DNA from: Arcobacteraceae bacterium
Lineage (GTDB): Bacteria > Campylobacterota > Campylobacteria > Campylobacterales > Arcobacteraceae
Length of the DNA stretch: 64,000 nucleotides
Reading direction: 5' to 3'
NCBI GenBank assembly: GCA_963676205.2
Contig: CAXXUS010000001.1
Span: 79,725 to 143,724, forward strand
A program made the translations under genes and the position numbers. Of this stretch, positions 47,698 to 57,650 are shown piece by piece; position 1 is the stretch's first letter, and each line of letters begins with the position of its first letter. The notes below the pieces were generated by a model. It was not told where the DNA came from. It searched no databases and worked only from the letters and a program-made list of their open reading frames with translations.

Positions 47698-48870
47698 TCA
47701 ATTGTTAAACTCGTTTTTTAGCTTATTTAGAGCATCTTTAAGAGAATTTTGTCTTAATGCTATATTTATTCTAAAAAATTTATTTCCATTCTTTCCAAAA
47801 GTAAGCCCATCGTTTAGGACAATTTTTGCGCCGTTTATTAGTTTTTCCCTTATCTGTTTATGCGAAATATCACACTTTGAAAAATCGAGCCAAACTAAAT
47901 ATGTAGCTTCTAACTCACCCACTTTTATAAAAGGCAACTCTTTATTTATAAAACTTTTTAGATATTTATAGTTTTCATAAATATATGAGTTAAGGTTATC
48001 AACCCACTCTGCTCCGTTTATATATCCACTTTTTAAAGCTTCTGGAGCAAAGGTGTTTATCTCGGCAATATGGAGTGAATTCACCTTTGCTTTTAGTGTT
48101 TCAAGAATATCTTTATTTGAGCTGTGTGCATACGCAATTTTTAATCCTGCTATATTAAAGGTTTTTGTAGGGGAGTTAAAAGTGATTGTATTATTTGCTA
48201 TCGTAGAACTAAGTGAGGCGATAGGGGTAAACTCTTTATATACAAGGTCAGAGTGTATCTCATCGCTTATTATCAATATATTGTTTTTCACACAAATATC
48301 ACCTAACTTTTTAAGCTCCTCTTTACTCCAAACACGACCTACAGGATTGTGTGGTGAGCATAAAAAAAGCATCTTCGTATCTTTATCTATCTTTGTGTTT
48401 AGATCATCAAAATCTATCTCATATCTATCACCCTTTAGTTTTAAAGGGTTGGTTATAAGCTTTCTTCCATTATCTTTAACAATTGAGCTAAAAGGGGGAT
48501 AAACAGGTGTTTGGATAATCACACCCTCACCCTTTTTAGTAAAGCACTCAAGTGCCAAGCTCATACCCACTAAAACACTAGGTAAAAAATATATCTGCTC
48601 TTTTTTGATATCCCAGTTGTTTCTTCTTTTTTGCCAATCGATCACAGAGTCAAAAACCGTATCATCTATAAAAGAGTAGCCAAAAAGCGACTCTTCAGCC
48701 TTTTTTACAATAGCTTCGGTTATAAACGAAGGGGTTTTAAAATCCATATCAGCTATCCACAATGGTTGCAAATCACTGCTACCGTATCTTGTTTTCAAAG
48801 CATCATATTTTATACAGTTTGTTCCTACTCTATTGATATGCTCATCAAATATAGATGTTAAACTATTCAT
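47698..48870 (-). CDS. PatB/MalY-family PLP-dependent C-S lyase (candidate ovothiol sulfoxide lyase OvoB)
   Basis: NCIKYDALKTRYGSSDLQPLWIADMDFKTP, CSPHNPVGRVW, SPTKTFNIAGL (PLP Lys). Start overlaps the ovoA stop by 4 nt. Confidence 0.85.
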   Translation of the reverse strand: MNSLTSIFDEHINRVGTNCIKYDALKTRYGSSDLQPLWIADMDFKTPSFITEAIVKKAEESLFGYSFIDDTVFDSVIDWQKRRNNWDIKKEQIYFLPSVLVGMSLALECFTKKGEGVIIQTPVYPPFSSIVKDNGRKLITNPLKLKGDRYEIDFDDLNTKIDKDTKMLFLCSPHNPVGRVWSKEELKKLGDICVKNNILIISDEIHSDLVYKEFTPIASLSSTIANNTITFNSPTKTFNIAGLKIAYAHSSNKDILETLKAKVNSLHIAEINTFAPEALKSGYINGAEWVDNLNSYIYENYKYLKSFINKELPFIKVGELEATYLVWLDFSKCDISHKQIREKLINGAKIVLNDGLTFGKNGNKFFRINIALRQNSLKDALNKLKNEFNN

Positions 48871-50627
48871 CTTAGTTTTAACTCCAAAACACCTTCGCTG
48901 CTAAGCCTATTATTTATATCTTTTAAAAACTTATCATAATTATAAAGCTGCTCTTTTTTATTTGTAGCAATGATTAGATCAAAATCTTTAAAGTGTGGTT
49001 TTAGATTGCAAGCATCCCCTTGCCAAAACTTTACATTCTCTTTTTGATTATTTGACTCGGCAACTTGTATATTTCTAGCGGTAAAATCTATACCTATAAC
49101 CTCATCAAAAACTTTTGAAAGCTCATCAGTGATCTTGGTTGAATCCTCACAACCAATATGTAAAGCTTTTCTTGTAGTTTTAATCCCATTTAATATACTC
49201 TTAATATCGATACTAAAATCAATATCTTTTGAACTAAGCTTTTGTATATTTTTGGTATCAGTTTTTTTAGAGCCGCTTACTATATACCTAAACCCTGCAT
49301 GTTGAAAAAAGTGTCTTCTAAAAGCATAACGAGAGTCACCCAATACCTCATTTCCACTAGATGCCCAAGAACCACCTTTTATGATATTGTGTCTTGTATC
49401 AAAGGTTGGAACTGAAAAATCATCATATAGCTGATGTATCTTAAAACCCTCAAAACCATCTATTGATGTTGTAGTCCACTGCCATACATTACCAACAACA
49501 TCATAAAACTCTTTATGTTTAAACCTATCAACGGCACAAGATGATGAGAAAAACTCAAAGTTTATATTTGCACTAGCCTTTTCAGGTTCATTTGCAATAT
49601 CACAAAACTCTCTTAACCTATTATATTGAGCCTCACTTGGCAAACTTATATCAAGCCCTGACTTTTCACTTTTATATCTACAAAACGCTTCAGCCTCTAA
49701 GAAGTTTACATCTACAGGCCAATCTAGTGGAAGATCTATAATAGATGTTAGAGTTTTATATTTAAAACCTTCCTTATCAGCTATCCAAAATGTCGGGTAC
49801 TTTGCTTTTGTATACTCTCTCCAGTTATTACCTTCATCAGACCAATAAGCTTTATTCTCATATCCGCCCTCATCTACGAACTGTTTAAACTCACCGTTAC
49901 TAACTAAATACTTTGAAGCTTTAAAATCCTCTATATACTCTTCATAAAAACCGTATTCGTTATCCCAGCCGTAAAAGTCACTATCAAACTTTTTACCTAA
50001 AGTAACTTTTGCACCCTTTACCTCTAGTAGTTCGTTTTTGGGAAACTTAGTCGTAGAGTACTCATCGCAAATATTAAACTCTTTATGCTCTTTTACAAAC
50101 CTTTGATCAAGCTGGCGGTGTAGAACAGATGAAGTCTCTATATGTATCCTCTCATGCTCAATTCCCATTAAAATAGCCCACATTGGTGAATCCCAAGTTA
50201 TAGGCAGAGTAAACTCTACGTTTTTAATAAGATCGCTTACAAGCTCTCTTACCTTAGCCCTATACTCTTTCGTTTCATCAACACTTGGCCAGCTATAGTT
50301 CTTGTCGTTTAGATCATCCCAGCTCATCTCATCAACACCGATTGCGAATATAGACTCAAACTCAGGATTTATCCTATTTTTAATATATTGTCCCAGTATT
50401 AGTTTATTGATAAAAAAAGTCGCAGTGTGTCCAAAATAAAATATAAGTTTATGCCTTAAAGGCTCAGGTTGTTCATAAAATACGCTGTCATCTATAAATG
50501 TTTCAAAAAGAAGTTCGAAATGTGTAAAAGTGGTATTAAAATACTCTAATATCTCTTTTCGTTTCTCTTCAACACCGGCACCATTATCAAAAAGTGAAAT
50601 ATTTCTTGTTATAAACTTTTTGTGCAT
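48867..50627 (-). CDS. ovoA: 5-histidylcysteine sulfoxide synthase / methyltransferase OvoA
   Basis: DinB-like iron site (HKLIFYFGHTATFFINKL, IEHERIHIETS). FGE-sulfatase domain (GNVWQWT, RHFFQHAGFRY). C-terminal SAM methyltransferase (ALHIGCEDS...VIGIDF). Start placed at ATG 50627 (TAGGAGAGTAT upstream), not the ORF-track 50744. Confidence 0.85.
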   Translation of the reverse strand: MHKKFITRNISLFDNGAGVEEKRKEILEYFNTTFTHFELLFETFIDDSVFYEQPEPLRHKLIFYFGHTATFFINKLILGQYIKNRINPEFESIFAIGVDEMSWDDLNDKNYSWPSVDETKEYRAKVRELVSDLIKNVEFTLPITWDSPMWAILMGIEHERIHIETSSVLHRQLDQRFVKEHKEFNICDEYSTTKFPKNELLEVKGAKVTLGKKFDSDFYGWDNEYGFYEEYIEDFKASKYLVSNGEFKQFVDEGGYENKAYWSDEGNNWREYTKAKYPTFWIADKEGFKYKTLTSIIDLPLDWPVDVNFLEAEAFCRYKSEKSGLDISLPSEAQYNRLREFCDIANEPEKASANINFEFFSSSCAVDRFKHKEFYDVVGNVWQWTTTSIDGFEGFKIHQLYDDFSVPTFDTRHNIIKGGSWASSGNEVLGDSRYAFRRHFFQHAGFRYIVSGSKKTDTKNIQKLSSKDIDFSIDIKSILNGIKTTRKALHIGCEDSTKITDELSKVFDEVIGIDFTARNIQVAESNNQKENVKFWQGDACNLKPHFKDFDLIIATNKKEQLYNYDKFLKDINNRLSSEGVLELKLR

Positions 50628-50756
50628 ATACTCTCCTAAGTGTGAAGATACTAACATAGATTCTATTAAATTAAAAGAAACTTTATTTATTTTATTTATT
50701 TTATGATAAAATGTAAAATTTAGCTTCATAATTTCAAAAAACATTTAGGAGGTTTC

Positions 50757-52667
50757 TTGTCTAAGATAAAATTTAGAAATATTTTATTTATATTTATACT
50801 ACTATTTATAGTACTTACCGCAATATATTATCATAAGACAAAAAGCACTGCTATTGAGAATGCTCAAGTAAAGATCGAAGAGTTCTTACTAAACTATAAA
50901 GCGCTTCGAGCATATATTAGTAATATACAAAAATATGAGGTTTATAGACTACAAGAGAGTAAGCAGCTTGATCCACACTATTTTAATCCCATATTGCTAT
51001 CATCCACATATGGTGCTAGAAACGTAAATGAGTTTTATAATGTTTTTAGAAAGCAGCATGATCAAAAACCTATTGTTATAAGATTTGCCAGCGATAATCC
51101 TAGAAACCTAAAGAATAAAGCAAATGAAAAAGAGTCAAAACTATTAAAAGAATTCAATGAAAATAAGATAGAGAAACATATAGAGATCATCGAGGATGAA
51201 AACGGTGCAAACCTATATTATGTTCTTCCTACTAGAAAGACCACTCCTGATTGTATGAAATGCCACTCCGATCCTAAAATTGCGCCAAAAGGTTTAGTAG
51301 AGCATTACGGAGATAAGCACGGTTTTTATGAAAAAGTTGGTGATATTAGAGCTATCCTTTCAACAACCTACCCGCTTGAAGAGGATCTAAAAGTTGCTAA
51401 ACATAGATTTGTTAGTATAACTTTCGTAACCTTTATAGTATTTGCTATCTCTTTATTTGTAGTATTCTTATTTACTAAAAAGATAGAGAATAAAAACGAA
51501 GAATTGGAGAGCTTAAATAAAAACCTTGATAATAAGGTAAAAGATAGAACCAAAGAGCTTGAAAAAGAGAAACACTATATCGAAGCACTTTTGGATAACA
51601 CGCCCAATATCATACTTGTAACAACAGGCAAAGAGCTTCTTGATTGTAATAAAAGGCTTTTAGAGTTCTTTGAATACGACACTATTGAGCAGTTTAAAGA
51701 ACAGCACTCTTGTATCTGTGAATATTTTGATCTTATTGATGAGAACAAACTATCAGAGGATAAAGAGATAGACGGTATGAACTGGTGTTTATATATCGTG
51801 CAAAAACCTTTTGCCGTACATACGGTATCTTTAACTAAAAACAATGAAAAACACTACTTCAATATAAGTGCGATATATCTGCATAAAGATAAAAACGAGA
51901 TATTGGTATCTCTTCAAAATATCACAGAGTTAAAGAAAAAAGATCATGTATTGATACAACAATCAAAAATGGCAAGTATCGCGGATATGCTAAACAATAT
52001 AGCTCACCAATGGAGACAACCATTATCAGTGATCTCAACGGCCTCTACTGGAATGCTTTTAAAACAAGAGTACGGTATGCTAAATGAAGAGACTATAGAG
52101 AAGAACCTAAATCTTATAAATAAAACTTCACAAAACCTTTCAAATACTATAGATAATTTCAGCTCCTATTTTACTGAAGAGCAAGAAAATACTGTTATTG
52201 ATATCAATGAGGTTTGGCAAAATGCAATAGATCTAATAGATGCACAATATAAAGATCATACGATTGAGATCATAAGAGATTGTGAAAAGATCGAGATATA
52301 CGGTATGAAAAACGATATCTTACAGATATTTATAAGCTTTTTATCCAATACAAAAGATGCTCATGCGGTATCATCTTATCAAAATAAATATCTATTTATA
52401 AATATGTATAAGAAAGATGATGTTATAACCATATCGGTAAAAGATAATGCAGGTGGTATCAAAGATGAGATACTTCCAAATATCTTTGAGCCTTACTTTA
52501 CCACAAAACACCAGTCTGTAGGTACGGGACTTGGTCTATATATGGTTTATGAAACTGTTATACATAAACTAAAAGGTTCCATAAAAGTTCAAAACGTAGA
52601 GTTTGAATATCAAGAAAATCAATATAAAGGTGTAGAATTTATTATAAAAATTCCAACTAAAGTATGA
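50757..52667 (+). CDS. Sensor histidine kinase with periplasmic Tll0287-like (DUF3365) c-type haem domain
   Basis: TM1. Periplasmic domain carrying CMKCH (CxxCH). TM2 (FVSITFVTFIVFAISLFVVFLF). PAS-like region. H-box LNNIAHQWRQPLSVIS. G box GTGLGLYM. TTG start after AGGAGG. Confidence 0.85.
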   Translation: MSKIKFRNILFIFILLFIVLTAIYYHKTKSTAIENAQVKIEEFLLNYKALRAYISNIQKYEVYRLQESKQLDPHYFNPILLSSTYGARNVNEFYNVFRKQHDQKPIVIRFASDNPRNLKNKANEKESKLLKEFNENKIEKHIEIIEDENGANLYYVLPTRKTTPDCMKCHSDPKIAPKGLVEHYGDKHGFYEKVGDIRAILSTTYPLEEDLKVAKHRFVSITFVTFIVFAISLFVVFLFTKKIENKNEELESLNKNLDNKVKDRTKELEKEKHYIEALLDNTPNIILVTTGKELLDCNKRLLEFFEYDTIEQFKEQHSCICEYFDLIDENKLSEDKEIDGMNWCLYIVQKPFAVHTVSLTKNNEKHYFNISAIYLHKDKNEILVSLQNITELKKKDHVLIQQSKMASIADMLNNIAHQWRQPLSVISTASTGMLLKQEYGMLNEETIEKNLNLINKTSQNLSNTIDNFSSYFTEEQENTVIDINEVWQNAIDLIDAQYKDHTIEIIRDCEKIEIYGMKNDILQIFISFLSNTKDAHAVSSYQNKYLFINMYKKDDVITISVKDNAGGIKDEILPNIFEPYFTTKHQSVGTGLGLYMVYETVIHKLKGSIKVQNVEFEYQENQYKGVEFIIKIPTKV

Positions 52668-53608
52668 GAAGTATCTTAGAGAAAAAAATATTTAAAAGAA
52701 AAATCTATAAAAGGATCCTTTGGATAGCTATCCTTTTTTTGATCAGTGTAGTTGCATTAAAACATTTAGAGAAACAACACCCTCTTCCACCAACAACTCA
52801 AAGTATGGAAGATATACAAAAGCCTGTCGCTAAAGTAGATGATAAACCCAAAAAACCTCTAACTGTTGCTCAAAAAAAGCAACTATTTAAAGATAAACTG
52901 GTTCCTGCTGTTAATAGTGCTTATAAAAAGCTTGATGATAGATATAAAAAAATCAAAGAGCTTATCAATAAAGATCCAAAGAACCATCGTATTGCTCAGC
53001 TAAAAGAGGAGTATAACGCTAAAACCAACCATGAGCTTCTTTTAAAGCTAAAACCCCACCCAAAAAGCGTGACCTTAGCCCAAGCAGCTATAGAGAGTGC
53101 TTGGGGAACATCAAGATTCTTTGTAAAAGCCAATAACGTATTTGGCGTATGGTCATTTAATAAAAACGAGCCTAGAATAGCAGCAAGCGAAACAAGAGGA
53201 GCAAAGACCATATATCTAAAAAAATATCTAAGCATAGAGGATTCTATACTTGATTATTATAAGATACTTTCAAAAGCGGGAGCTTATCATAAGTTTAGAG
53301 TTCAAAACTATAAAGATCCAAACCCCTACTTACTTGTAAAACATCTTGATAGATACTCTGAAAAAAGAGCTAAATATGGTGAGATACTCACTTCCGTTAT
53401 AGGATATAACAAGTTTAGCGAATATGATGAAAAGTTTTATCCAAGACCGCCAAAACCTGCTAAAAAACCTAAAGAGAAGATCGTGATCGAAGATCAAAAC
53501 ACTACGCAAGAGACAAATAGTACTATTGCATCAAATACCGTTGTTGTTCAAAACACAAAAAGCGAAACTATTTTAAATAACGATCACAATAATTCAATAA
53601 AAAAATAA
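52664..53608 (+). CDS. Membrane-anchored N-acetylglucosaminidase-domain protein (Bax/FlgJ-like)
   Basis: TM anchor, then LAQAAIESAWGTSRFFVKANNVFGVW (glucosaminidase catalytic block). Low-complexity C-terminus. ATGA overlap with the kinase stop. Confidence 0.7.
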   Translation: MRSILEKKIFKRKIYKRILWIAILFLISVVALKHLEKQHPLPPTTQSMEDIQKPVAKVDDKPKKPLTVAQKKQLFKDKLVPAVNSAYKKLDDRYKKIKELINKDPKNHRIAQLKEEYNAKTNHELLLKLKPHPKSVTLAQAAIESAWGTSRFFVKANNVFGVWSFNKNEPRIAASETRGAKTIYLKKYLSIEDSILDYYKILSKAGAYHKFRVQNYKDPNPYLLVKHLDRYSEKRAKYGEILTSVIGYNKFSEYDEKFYPRPPKPAKKPKEKIVIEDQNTTQETNSTIASNTVVVQNTKSETILNNDHNNSIKK

Positions 53609-53633
53609 GGATTTTTTAGGTACAATCGCGACT

Positions 53634-54317
53634 ATGATAGTCTATGGAAAACAAGTCGTACTTTATATATTGGATAAACACCCATCTTTGATAAAAGAGG
53701 TGATCTTTTCAAAAAAAATAGACGATAGAATATTTAGCAAATTTTTACGCCTTGGTCTAAAGATACAAAAGGTTGATAACCAAAAAGCTCAAGCTTTAGC
53801 AAATGGAGGGAACCATCAAGGTTTCTTTCTAGATATCGATATGCCTGAGCAGTCAAGTTTAACTGAACTAAAAAGATTTGGATTTTTACTTGTACTTGAC
53901 GGACTAACCGATATGGGAAATATCGGTGCAATCGTTAGAAGTGCGTATTCACTTGGAGTTGAAGGTATAGTTATAAGTGGTATTCAAAACCTGAAAATGG
54001 AAAATATCGTTAGAAGCAGCAGTGGTGCTTTACTAGATATCCCTTTTGTAACACTAAACAACTCTTTAGATGTGGCAAATGAGCTTTCACAAGTTGGATT
54101 TACTCTAATAGGTGCCGATATGGACGGCGTTGATATTAAAGGGTTTGAAAAACCAAATAGCAATATCGCTTTGTTTTTAGGAAGTGAAGGTAGCGGATTA
54201 TCAAATAAGATCGTAAAAAAACTTGACCGTAAGGTATCAATAAAGATGGCAAATAAGTTTGACAGTCTAAACGTATCGGTCGCGGCAGGTATTTTAATAC
54301 ATGAGTTAAGAGGATGA
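53634..54317 (+). CDS. TrmH/SpoU-family RNA 2'-O-methyltransferase (RlmB-like)
   Basis: N-terminal substrate-binding subdomain (IVYGKQVV), SPOUT motifs (LVLDGLTDMGNIGAIVRSA, LFLGSEGSGLS, SLNVSVAAGILIHE). Confidence 0.85.
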   Translation: MIVYGKQVVLYILDKHPSLIKEVIFSKKIDDRIFSKFLRLGLKIQKVDNQKAQALANGGNHQGFFLDIDMPEQSSLTELKRFGFLLVLDGLTDMGNIGAIVRSAYSLGVEGIVISGIQNLKMENIVRSSSGALLDIPFVTLNNSLDVANELSQVGFTLIGADMDGVDIKGFEKPNSNIALFLGSEGSGLSNKIVKKLDRKVSIKMANKFDSLNVSVAAGILIHELRG

Positions 54318-55135
54318 TATTGAAAAAAATTGTTTTAGTTCTTTTATTGCTTTTAAGTTTCTCTTTTGCAGATAAGCTAGATGATAAACTATACTCTTTT
54401 ATAGGGGAAACGAACTATAAGATACATAAGAACCTTTTAGACCACCTTTTTAAAAAAAGGGATAACTTTATATATGAGGATAAGATAAACTATATAGGAG
54501 TACTTAAAGTGCTTCAAGAAAACGGTCTTCTTCATCTTCAGTTTGATAAACCTAAAAAGCTAACGGTAAAGTTTCATATCAATGCAGATCACCTAAAAAC
54601 TTTAAAGATACTAAACGATACTTTAAAATCTTTGGGATATTACTACTATTTTACGAAAGAGACTGTGAAAAAAGCTAACGGCGATCTAACTTGGACAATA
54701 GAGTTTAAAACAAGATACGCAATAGATCCTTTGATATTTGGTAAAAAACTTTTATCTAACGATACAAGAATGATAGATATAGTAAAACATAACGAGAACA
54801 ATTGGGAATACTATTTAGACAGTTCACACGCAGTGATAGCAGAAGCTGTTCTAATTGAAAAAAATGAAAAGAAGATTTTCTCAAAACCTCTAAACGACTA
54901 TTTAATAAAAGTGAAAGACGCCCAAAGACTTAGAGTGATAAGTCGTACGCTAAACCACTGGTTCCCGTATATTGTTTTTTACGATGAGCATCTAAATATC
55001 TTAAAAACTATCAAAAAAGATGCTATACATAGATATATAAAAACACCAGTACCGCAAGGTACCGTTTATATTAAAATTTCAGACTTATACATGCTTCTTA
55101 ATATAAAAAGAGGCTTGAGTATTATAGTTAATTAA
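54314..55135 (+). CDS. Secreted/periplasmic hypothetical protein
   Basis: Signal peptide (LKKIVLVLLLLLSFSFA). No recognisable domain. ATGA overlap with the upstream methyltransferase gene. Confidence 0.5.
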   Translation: MILKKIVLVLLLLLSFSFADKLDDKLYSFIGETNYKIHKNLLDHLFKKRDNFIYEDKINYIGVLKVLQENGLLHLQFDKPKKLTVKFHINADHLKTLKILNDTLKSLGYYYYFTKETVKKANGDLTWTIEFKTRYAIDPLIFGKKLLSNDTRMIDIVKHNENNWEYYLDSSHAVIAEAVLIEKNEKKIFSKPLNDYLIKVKDAQRLRVISRTLNHWFPYIVFYDEHLNILKTIKKDAIHRYIKTPVPQGTVYIKISDLYMLLNIKRGLSIIVN

Positions 55136-55144
55136 GGATACAAC

Positions 55145-56374
55145 ATGTTTGATGAGATACAGTTTGACAGGATAAAAAGACTTCCAAAGTATGTATTTGC
55201 AGAGGTTAACGATCTTAAGATGGCTGAAAGAAGAGCCGGAAAAGATGTTATCGATTTCTCTATGGGAAATCCTGACGGTGATACACCTGAACATATTAGA
55301 GCAAAACTTGTTGAATCGGCCCAAAAAACAAAAACACACGGCTACTCTACATCAAAAGGTATCCCTAAACTTCTTATAGCAATTGCAAATTGGTATAAAA
55401 GAAGATACGGAGTTGATCTTGACCCTATGAGCGAATGTGTTGCTACAATGGGTTCTAAAGAGGGTTATGCACACTTAGCTTATGCTATTACAAATCCAGG
55501 TGATGTTGCGGTTGTACCTGATCCAACTTATCCTATCCACAGCTACGCTTTTATCTTAGCTGGAGGTAATGTACATAAGTTCGGTATCGTATTTGATGAG
55601 GATTATAACGTAGATGAGGATCAGTTCTTTCAAGACCTAGAGAGAGTTTTTAAAGATGCAAGTCCAAGACCTAAATATGTGGTTGTAAACTTCCCTCATA
55701 ACCCATCAACTGCTACGGTTACACCTGCTTTTTACGAGCGTCTTGTAAAGATGGCTAAAAAAGAGAGATTTTACGTGATCAGCGATATCGCATACGGTGA
55801 TATCACATTTGATGGTTACGTTACACCTTCTATTATGGAAGTTGAAGGAGCAAAAGATGTGGCAGTTGAGAGTTTCACACTTTCAAAAAGCTACAATATG
55901 GCAGGTTGGAGAGTTGGTTTCTTTGTTGGAAACAAAAAACTTATCGGTGCTCTTCAAAAGATCAAATCTTGGCTTGACTATGGTATGTTCACACCTATTC
56001 AAGTTGCAGCTACGGTTGCACTAAACGGTGATCAACAATGTGTTGCAGATATTACTGCAAAATATGATCATAGACAAGATGTGCTTATCGAAGCGTTTAC
56101 AAGAGCGGGTTGGCCGATAAGAAGAAACAAAGCTTCTATGTTCGTATGGGCTAAGATACCTGAGTGTGTAACTCATCTTGGAAGCTTAGAATTTTCAAAA
56201 AAACTTCTTGTTGAAGCTGGCGTAGCCGTGGCTCCTGGAATCGGTTTTGGTGATTACGGTGAGGGTTATGTAAGAATAGCACTAATTGAAAACGATAAAA
56301 GAATAAGACAAGCGGCTAAAAATATTAAAAAATTTTTAGCTCAATATTGTGATGATGGGAATGCGAATGCTTAA
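55145..56374 (+). CDS. Class I/II PLP-dependent aminotransferase (AlaC/AspC-like)
   Basis: RLPKYVFAEVNDLK, IDFSMGNPD, NFPHNPS, SKSYNMAGWRVGF (PLP Lys), YVRIAL. Confidence 0.9.
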   Translation: MFDEIQFDRIKRLPKYVFAEVNDLKMAERRAGKDVIDFSMGNPDGDTPEHIRAKLVESAQKTKTHGYSTSKGIPKLLIAIANWYKRRYGVDLDPMSECVATMGSKEGYAHLAYAITNPGDVAVVPDPTYPIHSYAFILAGGNVHKFGIVFDEDYNVDEDQFFQDLERVFKDASPRPKYVVVNFPHNPSTATVTPAFYERLVKMAKKERFYVISDIAYGDITFDGYVTPSIMEVEGAKDVAVESFTLSKSYNMAGWRVGFFVGNKKLIGALQKIKSWLDYGMFTPIQVAATVALNGDQQCVADITAKYDHRQDVLIEAFTRAGWPIRRNKASMFVWAKIPECVTHLGSLEFSKKLLVEAGVAVAPGIGFGDYGEGYVRIALIENDKRIRQAAKNIKKFLAQYCDDGNANA

Positions 56375-57632
56375 AATTGGAATAATCGGTGTAGGAACAG
56401 TCGGGCAAAGTGTAGCTGGGATACTTGAAGCAAATAAAGAGATCATAACTGCTCGTGCAGGGTGTGAACTTAAAGTTGTAAAAGGTGTTGTTAGCAATCT
56501 AAGTAAAAAAAGAGATGTAAATATTCCATTAACTGATAATGTTGATGATGTACTAGATGATGACTCTATCGATATAGTTGTTGAACTTATGGGTGGGGTT
56601 GAAAAACCTTACGAGGTTGTTCAAAAAGCTTTGAAAAATGATAAAGCAGTAGTTACAGCAAATAAAGCGCTGCTTGCTTACCATAGATATGAGCTTCAAG
56701 AACTTGCAGGCGATACACCGTTTGAGTTTGAAGCTGCCGTTGCAGGTGGTATTCCTATTATCAATGCTCTTAGAGATGGTCTTAGTGCGAACCATATTGA
56801 AAGTATTATGGGTATTATGAACGGTACTTGTAACTATATGCTAACAAAGATGATCAACGAGGGTGTTGATTATGATACTATTTTAAAAGAAGCGCAAGAA
56901 CTAGGTTACGCAGAAGCTGATCCAACGTTTGATGTTGGTGGTTTTGACGCAGCACATAAACTTCTAATACTCGCTTCAATAGCATACGGAATAGATGCAA
57001 AACCTGAAGATATCTTAATAGAGGGTATTCAAAATATCGGTAAAGAGGATATTGAGTTTGCAAAAGAGTTTGATTATGCAGTAAAACTTTTAGGTATAGC
57101 TAAAAAGAACGGCTCAAAGATAGAACTTAGAGTTCATCCAGTACTTATACCAAACGATCAAATGATAGCTAAAGTTGACGGTGTAATGAACGGTGTTAGC
57201 GTAATAGGTGATAAGGTTGGTGAAACTATGTATTACGGTGCTGGTGCTGGTGGTGATGCAACTGCAAGTGCTGTTATCGCTAACCTTGTAGATATCGCTA
57301 GACGTGGTAAAGGTTCACCTATGCTTGGTTTTGAAAGACCTTTAGAGACACAAAAGCTTACTCTTGCTCCAAGCAGTGAAATAGAAACAAAATATTACCT
57401 AAGAATAAAAGTTGAAGATAAAAGCGGTGTTCTTGCAAAGATATCATCGATCTTAGGTGAAGATGGTATATCTATAGAAGCGATGCTTCAAAAACCGCTT
57501 ATGGGATCATATGCTAACCTTCTTCTTTCAACACACACTTGTAAAGAATCACAGATACAAAAAGCTATCTCTACTATCAAAGAGCTTGATTTCGTAGATG
57601 AAAAGATAGTAATGATAAGAATTGAAGAGTAA
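56367..57632 (+). CDS. hom: Homoserine dehydrogenase
   Basis: IGIIGVGTVGQS NAD fold, NGTCNYMLT, EADPTFDVGGFDAAHKL, C-terminal ACT domain. Start placed at ATG 56367 (MLKIGIIG), inside the ORF-track GTG/ATG run that begins at 56349. Confidence 0.9.
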   Translation: MLKIGIIGVGTVGQSVAGILEANKEIITARAGCELKVVKGVVSNLSKKRDVNIPLTDNVDDVLDDDSIDIVVELMGGVEKPYEVVQKALKNDKAVVTANKALLAYHRYELQELAGDTPFEFEAAVAGGIPIINALRDGLSANHIESIMGIMNGTCNYMLTKMINEGVDYDTILKEAQELGYAEADPTFDVGGFDAAHKLLILASIAYGIDAKPEDILIEGIQNIGKEDIEFAKEFDYAVKLLGIAKKNGSKIELRVHPVLIPNDQMIAKVDGVMNGVSVIGDKVGETMYYGAGAGGDATASAVIANLVDIARRGKGSPMLGFERPLETQKLTLAPSSEIETKYYLRIKVEDKSGVLAKISSILGEDGISIEAMLQKPLMGSYANLLLSTHTCKESQIQKAISTIKELDFVDEKIVMIRIEE

Positions 57633-57646
57633 AAATACTCTTCAAT
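57621..57646. terminator. Hairpin between the convergent hom and lipoprotein genes (probable bidirectional terminator)
   Basis: Perfect 11-bp stem ATTGAAGAGTA-aaaa-TACTCTTCAAT spanning the hom stop codon. Flanking U-tracts are weak. Confidence 0.5.
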
Positions 57647-57650
57647 TATC

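Noticed and set aside
50628-50744. N-terminal extensions offered by the ORF track: ovoA from 50744, rnc from 19908, waaA from 24556, hom from 56349, the MazF-like toxin from 27163, the PAS protein from 2989, and the kinase from 11587.
   Set aside because: The extensions add non-conserved residues, lack an RBS and often overlap the preceding gene. Internal starts have good Shine-Dalgarno matches and give the family-typical N-termini.
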